A DNA stretch of 64,000 nt from Streptosporangiaceae bacterium (GTDB taxonomy: Bacteria > Actinomycetota > Actinomycetes > Streptosporangiales > Streptosporangiaceae). Made by a program: the position numbers and the translations under genes. The stretch covers positions 2,799 to 66,798 of the forward strand of contig JASHPF010000058.1 of NCBI GenBank assembly GCA_030038295.1. Reading direction: 5' to 3'. Positions 30,894 to 39,273 of this stretch are shown here, piece after piece (position 1 is the first letter of the stretch; each line of letters begins with the position of its first letter). The notes under the pieces are model-generated. The model was not told where the DNA came from and did not search any database. It saw nothing but the letters and a program-made list of their open reading frames with translations.

Positions 30894-32090
30894 TCAACCC
30901 GGCACCCCTTCCGTCCCCGGGCACGAGAGATCTGAGCCCGCATCCTCCCGAACTCGGGTCACTGACCCAGCGGCGTGCGCGATCACTGCGACCACGCGGT
31001 CCTGCTCATCCTCCGTGAGTTCATGGAACAGCGGCAGGATGAGGCTCGATGACGACAGCCGCTCGGTAACGGCCAGCTGCGCCCCGTCGCCATAGCCGGC
31101 GTAGGCGGGCTCGAGGTGCGCGGCCATGATCCCGCGCCGCGCCGATATTCCCGCGTCGGCCAGCAGCTGGAGGAGCCCGTTCCGCGTCACCGGGAAGTCC
31201 GCTGGCAGCGCGACCCAGAACGACTGGAAATTGGTGGTGCCGTACCCAGGGTCTCGGATCATCTGCAGCCCAGGAATGCGGCCGAGCAGCCGCTGGTATC
31301 GCTCCGCGAGCTGGCGCCGACGCCGCACGATCTCCGGCAGGCGTCGCAGCTGAACCAGGCCGATGGCGGCCTGGATGTCGGTCATCCGGTAGTTGTAGCC
31401 GAGCTCGGCGTAGTGCTCTATCAGGACCCGGCGGTCAGCGTGCCTGGCAGCAGCGCTGATGTCCATACCGTGCTCGCGCAGCCGGCGCAGCCTGGCCGCC
31501 ACGGCCGGATCGGGCGTGGTCACCATGCCGCCTTCACCCGTGGTGAGCAGCTTGCGAGGGTGGAAGGAGAAGGTCGCCAGCGCGGCGCCGGCCCCGGCCG
31601 GCCGGCCGCGATAGGTCGAGCCCGCCGCGCACGCAGCGTCCTCGACGACGGTGACGCCGCGTGGGTCGCACAGTTCTCGCATCGCGTCAAGATCAGCTGG
31701 GACGCCCCCCTGGTCGACCAGGATCACCGCGCGGGTCCGGTCGGTCAGCAGCGGCTCAACCGTCGCGGGTGTGATGTTCAGGGTCTGCGGATCCACGTCG
31801 GCGAACACGACCTGGGCGCCCACGTACCTGGCGGCATTCGCGGTCGCGATGAACGACATCGACGGCGCGATGACCTCGTCACCCGGCCGGACGCCGACCG
31901 CGATCATCGCCAGGTGCAGCGCCGTTGTGCACGAGGAGACCGCGACGGCATCCCCGGTGCCGATCGCGTTCGCGAACGCTGCTTCAAACTCCGCGACCCG
32001 CGGCCCCTGAGCGATCCACCCCGACGCGACGGCCTCTGCGGCGGCCCTGGCCTCTTCGTCGCCGAGAACGGGGCGGATTACCGGGATCAT
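30894..32090 (-). CDS. DegT/DnrJ/EryC1/StrS-family sugar aminotransferase (second copy)
   Basis: Trimmed to ATG 32090 (MIPVIRPVLGDEE), forming an ATGA overlap with the SDR stop. Blocks FEAAFANAIG, EDAACAAGS and SFHPRKLLTTGEGG. Confidence 0.85.
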   Translation of the reverse strand: MIPVIRPVLGDEEARAAAEAVASGWIAQGPRVAEFEAAFANAIGTGDAVAVSSCTTALHLAMIAVGVRPGDEVIAPSMSFIATANAARYVGAQVVFADVDPQTLNITPATVEPLLTDRTRAVILVDQGGVPADLDAMRELCDPRGVTVVEDAACAAGSTYRGRPAGAGAALATFSFHPRKLLTTGEGGMVTTPDPAVAARLRRLREHGMDISAAARHADRRVLIEHYAELGYNYRMTDIQAAIGLVQLRRLPEIVRRRRQLAERYQRLLGRIPGLQMIRDPGYGTTNFQSFWVALPADFPVTRNGLLQLLADAGISARRGIMAAHLEPAYAGYGDGAQLAVTERLSSSSLILPLFHELTEDEQDRVVAVIAHAAGSVTRVREDAGSDLSCPGTEGVPG

Positions 32091-33040
32091 CGCTGACCCC
32101 GCCACCACTCGACGAGCTGCGCCAGCCCTTCCTCGAGGCTGACCTCCGGCTTCCAGCCAAGCTGCCGCACCGCGGCGGACGTGTCAGCCAGCCGGCGAGT
32201 GACGCCATTGACCGCGCGCGCCGGCCCGAATTCGAGCGGGAGGTCACTGCCCATCGCGCGCTGCAGCGCCAGGGCAAGTTCGATCAGGCTGGTCTCCGCG
32301 CCACTCGCGATGTTGAAGACCTCGTCGGTCACATCGGACGACGCCGCCAGCACATTCGCCCTGGCGATGTCTTCGGTGTGGACGAAGTCCATAGTCTGCA
32401 GGCCATCGCCGAGGATGAGCGGCGGCTCCCCGGCCTCGATCCGCTCCATCCAGCGAATCAGCACCTCCGTGTACTTGCCATGCACATCCATGCGCGGCCC
32501 GTAGACATTGAAATAGCGAAGGGCGACATAATCCAGTCCGCGCATGGCGTGGAAGCTGCGCAGCAGGCCCTCATTGAAGGTCTTCGCCGCCCCGTACAGC
32601 GTGTCGTTGTTGTACGGGTGCTGCCGCTCGGTTGTCGGGAAGTGTTCGGCGAGGCCGTAGACCGACGCCGACGACGCGGCGATGATCTTTCGCACGCCCG
32701 CGTCGGCGGCCGCTTCCACGACCTCATAGGTGCCATTGACGAGGACGTCGAGCGCGAGCCGCGGCTCGGCCGCACACTGCGTGATCCGGATCGCAGCCTG
32801 ATGAAATACCAGGTCGATACCGCTCATCAGACGCCGGATCAGGTCGGCGTCGCGGATATCGCCTATCTCCAGCCGGACCCGTCCTGAGGCCATAACCGGA
32901 CCGAGGTTTTCCCGCCGGCCACGGGTGAGGTTGTCCAGCACGATGATCTCCGCGGCGCCCGCGGCAACCAGCTGGTCCACGATCGTGGACCCGATGGTGC
33001 CGGCGCCGCCAGTGACCAGACACCGGGTTTCGGCAATCAC
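32087..33040 (-). CDS. NAD-dependent epimerase/dehydratase (extended SDR acting on nucleotide sugars)
   Basis: CLVTGGAGTIGS (GxxGxxG), SSASVYG and YGAAK (YxxxK). ORF-track ORF (to 33214) trimmed to GTG 33040 after GAGGGA. Confidence 0.8.
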   Translation of the reverse strand: MIAETRCLVTGGAGTIGSTIVDQLVAAGAAEIIVLDNLTRGRRENLGPVMASGRVRLEIGDIRDADLIRRLMSGIDLVFHQAAIRITQCAAEPRLALDVLVNGTYEVVEAAADAGVRKIIAASSASVYGLAEHFPTTERQHPYNNDTLYGAAKTFNEGLLRSFHAMRGLDYVALRYFNVYGPRMDVHGKYTEVLIRWMERIEAGEPPLILGDGLQTMDFVHTEDIARANVLAASSDVTDEVFNIASGAETSLIELALALQRAMGSDLPLEFGPARAVNGVTRRLADTSAAVRQLGWKPEVSLEEGLAQLVEWWRGQR

Positions 33041-33107
33041 TGTCCCTCGCTCATTCCGCTGGTCTCGCTGTTTGGTTGCATCGTGGCCGTCCGACTCCCA
33101 TCCGGCA

Positions 33108-34142
33108 TTACTTGACGTACTCGCTGGCGGCGGCGCGGAACGCCGCGATGGCATAGGGGTGGCCTTCCAGCCGCCAGTCCTGTTTGTAGACGCCGTCGTC
33201 CTGAGCCTGGTCAAACCAGACGAAGCCGATCAGTCCCGAGCTGGCGACACCGGCGAACAGGCCCGGGATCTTGGCAGCCTGGCCGGCGACCTGGCCGACC
33301 GCGGTCTCGCCGATGAGGATGGGCGCACTGGTTACCTGACGGATCGCGGCGATGCTTCCCCCGAAGACCCCGCTGAAGTCGTCGTAGGAGTAGTAGTAAT
33401 AGGCATCCAGCCCCACCCAGGTGACGTAGCCAGCGCCAGGCCAGTAGTCGGCTATCGGCCCTTCGTCCTGGTTGATGGAGTTGACCGTCCACAGCCAGGT
33501 GACGTTGTCCGCTCCGGTCTGCCGGAACACGTCGACGACGTGCCGCCAGGCCTGGACGAACACCGTCGGCGGGGTGTGTGTCCATCCCCACGGGTACCAG
33601 TTTCCGTTCATCTCGTGCCCGAAGCTAATGATCACCGGATGGCCAAAGGCCTTGACCGACTCGGCGTAGGACTGCAGGAAGGCGTCCTGCTGGCCAGCCG
33701 CGATAGCGGCACACGAGGTGCTCGTGGGATCGATGTCGATGAGCAGGGTCGCTCCGTGCTCGAGCGCGGTTTGCGCGTACGGCACGCTGAACGGCTCGCC
33801 CCAGGAGCTGTAATACATCACGATGTTCGGCTGCCGGTCCACTGCCTGGGCGAACTGTTCGACCTGCGCGTACTGCGCAGCCGACGTCTGGCTACCCTCG
33901 TACACACCCAGATAGCTGAACCCGCTGCTCGGCAGGCTCGCCTCAACGACCTTGGGCGCCGGCGACGAAGACGGCCCGCTGCTCGACGCCGTCCTCCCGA
34001 CGCCAGCCTGCTGCGCCACCGTGGAGCCCACGGCGGCAGCGTGGTAGTAGTGCCGCACGCTGAGCACCGCCACTGACGCGGCGGCGACCACCACGACCAC
34101 CGTCGCGGCCATCGTGGCTGTTGTCTTCGAAAACCACGTCAC
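33108..34142 (-). CDS. Membrane-anchored glycoside hydrolase family 26-like protein
   Basis: N-terminal TM anchor TATMAATVVVVVAAASVAVLSV. GH26-like catalytic blocks ISFGHEMNGNWYPWG and PILIGETAV. GTG 34142 forms a GTGA overlap with the synthase stop. Confidence 0.68.
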   Translation of the reverse strand: MTWFSKTTATMAATVVVVVAAASVAVLSVRHYYHAAAVGSTVAQQAGVGRTASSSGPSSSPAPKVVEASLPSSGFSYLGVYEGSQTSAAQYAQVEQFAQAVDRQPNIVMYYSSWGEPFSVPYAQTALEHGATLLIDIDPTSTSCAAIAAGQQDAFLQSYAESVKAFGHPVIISFGHEMNGNWYPWGWTHTPPTVFVQAWRHVVDVFRQTGADNVTWLWTVNSINQDEGPIADYWPGAGYVTWVGLDAYYYYSYDDFSGVFGGSIAAIRQVTSAPILIGETAVGQVAGQAAKIPGLFAGVASSGLIGFVWFDQAQDDGVYKQDWRLEGHPYAIAAFRAAASEYVK

Positions 34143-35725
34143 CGTCGGCCCACCCAGCGATCCCACAGTGTCCAGATGACCGGGGCCACATAGACCAGGC
34201 CGAACAAGAAAATGACCAGGAACCTGTCACTGCGGAACTGGTAGGTCCGCCAGGCGGCGATGCCGAACCACGCCGCGCCGGTACCGCAGTTCCAGACGAT
34301 CAGGGCGGCCCAGAGCCGACGCACCGGCGAAACACTGGTCCCGGTCGGCTGCCACGCCATTACCTTGCCGCGGAAGTGGTCCCAGATGGCGAGCGCGTGC
34401 GACCAGGAGCGAACGATCTCCAGTGCCCAGGTCCCCGGCCCGAAGTTCGATCGGTGCCACACCGGGTACAGCACGACGCCGTTGATGACAGCCGGAGCCA
34501 GCACGAGATAGTCCTGCAGGTTCACGTCCTTCGGGATGAAGGTCACCATCCCGATCGCGACGAGCGGCACCACGAACAGCAGCAGGGCGGTGAACAGGTA
34601 GTACAGGAAGCCAGAGAGGTATGCGGCTCGGGCCCGGCCAGACAAGGGGACCTTCCAGAGCCGTCGCAGCGGGGTCGTGCTGCCGAGGCACCAGCGGTAT
34701 TGCTGGTGCGCGAAAGCGTCGACCGAACTCGGCGAGGCTCCCATCGCCAGGTTGACCGGGATGTACTTCAGCGACCACCCCTGACTGATCACGTCCAGCC
34801 CGGTGTGGACGTCCTCCGCGTAAGCGATGAGTGCCGGGCCGCCCGCGGCCTGGATGGCGGCTCGCCGGTACACGGCGCACGACCCCACGCACACCGCCGC
34901 GCCGAAGGCGTCCCTGGAGGTCTGCATCGACCGATAGAACACCTCCTGCATCGGCCCTGCCGCGCGCTCCACCCAGGTATGCCGACGGTCAGGGCGGAAG
35001 AACTGCGGCGTCTGCACGATGCCGATGCGCGGATCGTCGAAGTACGGCAGGGTCTCAGCGAGGAAGTCGCGCCGCGGCACGAAATCCGCGTCCAGGATGA
35101 CGAAGAACTCACCCCGGGTGCGTTCGAAGGCATACCGCAGATTGCCGGCCTTTTTCATCCAGCCGCGGTTCTCCCTGACCCGGTAGACGAACCCGAAGTC
35201 GGCCGCCAGTTCCCGCGCGCCCTCGTCAGCCTTGTCATCGAGCACAAACGCGACAGCGTCACCCGGGTAAGCGCGCAGCAGCTCCGACACATACGTCCAC
35301 GTGTTGCGGAGCAGGTCCAGCGGCTCTCCGCAGATCGGGAGGAATATGTCCACATCGGGGTAGCGCTCGGGCCGCCACGCCCGCGTTGTGGACCGGTGCG
35401 CCGACAGGTCGAACTCCTGGCCGGTGAAGTTCGAGAACAACGACACCGCCAGGTAGACGATCGTGAAAGCGGTCCACGGCGCGAGCACCCACGTCCGGTA
35501 CCGCACTTCCATGATCGCCTGACTGACGATGATCGAGCTGTAGCCGATCAGCACGACGAGTGTCAGGTAACCCCGGTAGCGATCGACATAGCACGTCTTT
35601 TCCTCCGCCGTGGGCGGACGAGGCATCGGACCAGGCTCAGCTCGCGCCGCTACCCGCGATGGCTGCACCACCGCGGCACCGTTCTGCGACCACACCGCCG
35701 GGCCTGACCGCCGCGCCAGCGTCAT
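34139..35725 (-). CDS. Processive GT2 beta-glycan synthase (cellulose synthase-like, no PilZ domain)
   Basis: N- and C-terminal TM bundles. Catalytic motifs DVDIFLPICGEP, FFVILDADFVP, AYAEDVHTG and QQYRWCLGS (QxxRW). Trimmed to ATG 35725, 21 nt after the upstream stop. Confidence 0.8.
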   Translation of the reverse strand: MTLARRSGPAVWSQNGAAVVQPSRVAARAEPGPMPRPPTAEEKTCYVDRYRGYLTLVVLIGYSSIIVSQAIMEVRYRTWVLAPWTAFTIVYLAVSLFSNFTGQEFDLSAHRSTTRAWRPERYPDVDIFLPICGEPLDLLRNTWTYVSELLRAYPGDAVAFVLDDKADEGARELAADFGFVYRVRENRGWMKKAGNLRYAFERTRGEFFVILDADFVPRRDFLAETLPYFDDPRIGIVQTPQFFRPDRRHTWVERAAGPMQEVFYRSMQTSRDAFGAAVCVGSCAVYRRAAIQAAGGPALIAYAEDVHTGLDVISQGWSLKYIPVNLAMGASPSSVDAFAHQQYRWCLGSTTPLRRLWKVPLSGRARAAYLSGFLYYLFTALLLFVVPLVAIGMVTFIPKDVNLQDYLVLAPAVINGVVLYPVWHRSNFGPGTWALEIVRSWSHALAIWDHFRGKVMAWQPTGTSVSPVRRLWAALIVWNCGTGAAWFGIAAWRTYQFRSDRFLVIFLFGLVYVAPVIWTLWDRWVGRR

Positions 35726-35748
35726 CGGAGCCTCCGCACGCTGACCAT

Positions 35749-37626
35749 CTAACTGGCCCTCGCCAGCACCCAGATGGTGAACCAGCCGCGGTCGCCGTTG
35801 GGATCGCGCCACGGGACTCGCGCTACCCGGCGGTACCCGGCCTGCTGCAGGGCACGCGGCTTGCCCGCCAGCGACTGCTGGAGGGTGTTCGCGGTCGTGT
35901 TCGTCCCGGTGTCGATCTCGATCATGCCGACTTCGTGATACTTGATCATGGCGGAGATAGCGGCGGGCGAGTAAGCGTAGGACGTCAGGATGACCGGCTG
36001 CACGCTGGCATGGAGGAGGTAATAGTTGGCGACCATCTGATCGCCTTGCTGCATGAGAATAGGCCCGTTAACGGGCAGCTGGCGCTCCACAGCGGCAATG
36101 AGCCTGGTGCTGTTCGGCCACCACCCATACAACCCGGTGGCCTGCCCGTAGCCCAGCAAACCGGTGAAGACGGCCGCCGCGATTCCAACCCGCCAGCCCT
36201 TCGCGGGATTGACCACGACCGCTTTGGACAACGCGTATCCTGCGCCCATCGAGGCGAACCAGAGGCCAAACACCACGTGCTTGTATTGCGACACCGTGGT
36301 CTGGTCATAAGCCTGGAACGCCGGCGCCAGCAGCCCGGCGATCACCAGCACAGCGCACAGCAGCGGCCTCCGGCCCTCCCGTTCTCGGCAGGCAAGCACG
36401 AAGCCGAGCAGCGCGACGGCCACCACCACGGCGATGAGCGGCGTGGCGTTCCAGAGCACCGAGAGCCGATCATCGCCGCCAGAACCTCGCTGCGTGGTCG
36501 TCGTGGTGACGTCGCTCAGCGAGACCCGGCCCCCGAGAAGGAACAGCGCCGGAGCCGCGGCCGCGACCGCGTAGCTGAGGAGCCGGGCACCGCGAGCCAG
36601 CGCCAGCGCCCAGCCGGTCGGCGCGGTGAGAACCACCAGGGCCACGATTATCGGGCTCCACAGCACTGTCACCCACTTCGTGCCGTCCGCGAGCACCATC
36701 ACGACGGCGGCGAGCACGATCCAGACCTCACTGGCCCGGCTGCGGGCAGCCCGTACCGCCAGCCAGGCGGCCAGCGCCATGATGCAGATCGCCATCGGAT
36801 CGTAGGTCGCCCACGCGCTCATATCCGTGGCTGGGCCCACCGCGACGAACATCGCTGCACCGATCAGGCCAGCCCGCTGGCTGAATAGCCGGGAGGCGGT
36901 CGCATAGAGCAGCGCGGTAGCGCACAGCATGAACCCAAGCGACAACAGCCGGGCGCCGGTGAGCCCGCCGACAGAATCCGCAAGGGCGCCGATCGGCGGG
37001 TATATCACCGGTGACCCGGACAGGTAGTTCAGCGGCAGCGGACTACCGTGCAGCCAGTGCCGCCACTCCATGTGGCCGTACCAGAGGTACTCCGCCTCAT
37101 CCTGAAAGGCCGTGTTGGACCACACCAGCCGCAAGGCCAGCGCCGACTGCACCAGCAGGACGGCCAGCAGGCCCAGACGGTAACTGTGTCGCCACGCACG
37201 GTGATGAAGCCTGTCCCGCTCGTCGGGCCGCGCGGAGCTATCGGCCGAACCGGCGGGACGCGTCGAGGGCCTGCTCTCCGCGTCCGTCGCGGTCCCGGCG
37301 ACCAGCGCAGGCCACGCGTCGGCGGAGCTGCGCACGGCCGCCGTCGTGACGGGAGCCGCACGGACCTCAGCACTCGCAGGCGGAGCGTCACCCGCCCCGG
37401 CGCGGGTGGCCGCAGCCATGACATCCTCAGCCGAATCCCGTCGGTGCCGACCCGCCAGGTGCGAGCTCGGCTGCGTCCTCGCCGGTGAATCCTGGCCAGG
37501 GCGCTCTTCGGCGGCCAGGTCAATGAGGACCTTCAGGGCTCGCTCCTGCAGGGCGCCTTGCTGCTGAGCGATGTCGGCGCTATCAGCATCAGGGGATGCA
37601 GGCACGTGGCCGTCTGACGGTCTCAA
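35749..37626 (-). CDS. GT-C fold membrane glycosyltransferase (PMT/ArnT-like, GT39/GT83 type)
   Basis: More than 10 TM segments. The first extracytoplasmic loop carries an acidic pair (NTAFQDEAEYLWYGHMEW), as in the PMT/ArnT families. A roughly 150-aa Ala/Pro/Ser/Arg-rich N-terminus. The start is uncertain (TTG 37626, or ATG 37419). Confidence 0.55.
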   Translation of the reverse strand: MRPSDGHVPASPDADSADIAQQQGALQERALKVLIDLAAEERPGQDSPARTQPSSHLAGRHRRDSAEDVMAAATRAGAGDAPPASAEVRAAPVTTAAVRSSADAWPALVAGTATDAESRPSTRPAGSADSSARPDERDRLHHRAWRHSYRLGLLAVLLVQSALALRLVWSNTAFQDEAEYLWYGHMEWRHWLHGSPLPLNYLSGSPVIYPPIGALADSVGGLTGARLLSLGFMLCATALLYATASRLFSQRAGLIGAAMFVAVGPATDMSAWATYDPMAICIMALAAWLAVRAARSRASEVWIVLAAVVMVLADGTKWVTVLWSPIIVALVVLTAPTGWALALARGARLLSYAVAAAAPALFLLGGRVSLSDVTTTTTQRGSGGDDRLSVLWNATPLIAVVVAVALLGFVLACREREGRRPLLCAVLVIAGLLAPAFQAYDQTTVSQYKHVVFGLWFASMGAGYALSKAVVVNPAKGWRVGIAAAVFTGLLGYGQATGLYGWWPNSTRLIAAVERQLPVNGPILMQQGDQMVANYYLLHASVQPVILTSYAYSPAAISAMIKYHEVGMIEIDTGTNTTANTLQQSLAGKPRALQQAGYRRVARVPWRDPNGDRGWFTIWVLARAS

Positions 37627-37651
37627 GCGCGCGAAACCCCTCGACTTCGAC

Positions 37652-37681
37652 CAGACCTGCGGACAAGCATCAGCAGGTCTG
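37652..37681 (-). other. Hairpin CAGACCTGC-N12-GCAGGTCTG between GT2 and GT-C genes
   Basis: Perfect 9-bp inverted repeat in the 180-nt spacer. It could be an attenuator, terminator or protein-binding site. Confidence 0.3.
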
Positions 37682-37805
37682 CCTGCCCACCCGACTTCTC
37701 CTCAGCGTTTATCCGAGTATTCAATCAAGCTCGGACGCCGCGTGGCCCGCATTCCAATCCAAGCAGGGGGCCACCGCCACCAGCTGCCGGGAACTCGCGA
37801 CCATA

Positions 37806-38927
37806 CTAGTGGCGCCGGCCAAGGCGTCGGCCCGGCATCTCGGGGCGCCAGGAGCGGCCGAGCCGCCAGCAGAGGCGGAGGACGAAGAGCGAGCCGAGGG
37901 CCAGCCCGGCCAGCGCGTACGCCACGCCCTCAAGCTTGCGGACGCGGACGACTTCGCTGATCACGGCGCCCGCGGCGAGCGCGGCAGCCGCCGCTACCAA
38001 GATCATCCACGCACCGGAGGTAGCCAGCACGGCCGCGCCCGCAGCCGCGCAAGCAGCCACGAGCGGCAGCAGCACAGCCTGCCGCAGCCGTTTCCGCGCG
38101 AGCGGACTCTCGGGGTATGCGCGAATGAAATTCGCGCATCCGTTGGCAGAAATCTTGTATTCCCAGGCGAGTGCGCGGAAGCTTCGACGGTGGTGATGAG
38201 CGCCCGTTAGCCCGGCTGCGTACAAGATCTGATGGCCGGCAGAGGCGACCCGCCAGAACCATTCATAATCCTCGTAGCCGTATCCCCATTCATCATCCAT
38301 CGGGCAATCATCATAAACGTCGCGAGCCATTATTGTGTTAGCAGTAATGGGCGGCTTGCGGCCATACTTGCCGAAGTTGGCCGCGGTGACCTGGTAGGAG
38401 CGAGGCACGCGCGGGGTCTTCGCAGCGACCGTGTTGCTGTCGACGAATCTGGCCCAGAAGCTCGTATGCACGGCGCGCATGCCACCGCAGACCACCCCGC
38501 CGTCCTGCGCGATGAGGAGCTCTACCGCGCGCGACAGCCAGTCGCTGTCCATGACGATGTCCGAGTCCGCGAGCGCAAGGATCTGTCCCCTGGCCTTTCG
38601 CAGGCCTTCATCACGCTTAGTAGCGGGCTCACGCTTGCCAGCGACTTCCTCGTGCTCAAGGATCACCAGCCGCGGGTCGGTGACATCCGTCAGCGACTGC
38701 CAGGTCTCATCACCCACGTCGCCCACCACGAGGACCTCTGCCAGCGCGGGATAGTCCTGCGCGAGCAGAGCGTCAACCGTAGCCCGGATGGTCTGCTGGC
38801 TGTTCTTGACGGGGATGACGACGCTGACCTCGGGATGGATCGTCGGTTCCAGCACGGCGGCGACACCGCGATGCACGTCGTCGATGGCGTGCGCCGGTTC
38901 TGACTGCGCCGCGTCGGCGCTACCCAC
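37806..38927 (-). CDS. Glycosyltransferase family 2 with C-terminal transmembrane helices
   Basis: VSVVIPVKNSQQTIRATVDALLAQDYP, LALADSDIVMD (DxD). Two or three C-terminal hydrophobic helices (AVLLPLVAACAAAGAAVLATSGAWMILVAAAAALAAGAVI; VAYALAGLALGSLFVL). GTG start. Confidence 0.75.
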   Translation of the reverse strand: MGSADAAQSEPAHAIDDVHRGVAAVLEPTIHPEVSVVIPVKNSQQTIRATVDALLAQDYPALAEVLVVGDVGDETWQSLTDVTDPRLVILEHEEVAGKREPATKRDEGLRKARGQILALADSDIVMDSDWLSRAVELLIAQDGGVVCGGMRAVHTSFWARFVDSNTVAAKTPRVPRSYQVTAANFGKYGRKPPITANTIMARDVYDDCPMDDEWGYGYEDYEWFWRVASAGHQILYAAGLTGAHHHRRSFRALAWEYKISANGCANFIRAYPESPLARKRLRQAVLLPLVAACAAAGAAVLATSGAWMILVAAAAALAAGAVISEVVRVRKLEGVAYALAGLALGSLFVLRLCWRLGRSWRPEMPGRRLGRRH

Positions 38928-39273
38928 GACGGCTCGGCAGCGCGTCGAAGTGCCGGGACCGGCGCGGCTCGCTCACGCTGCGGACCTGAAGACGCGATCC
39001 CGTGCGGCCGTGTGAGCCGTCACGCCGGCGGTGTCGCCCATCAGCCACGTCCCCCTCCGCAATGTCAGAACGCCCGCCCTCGGGACACGGCATCCGGGCG
39101 TCTCCGGAGCACACCGTGGCGCTAACCGAGCACCGACATTACAAAGAGTGATCGGCGCATTAGCATTAAGGACAGGCGTAGACTAAGACGCGGATCTAGC
39201 CTGGCAGGTTTACCGCAGCGCGCCGTCATCTAACGCGATTTTGTTTGCGTGTCGCCCCGGAAAATGACGCGCG

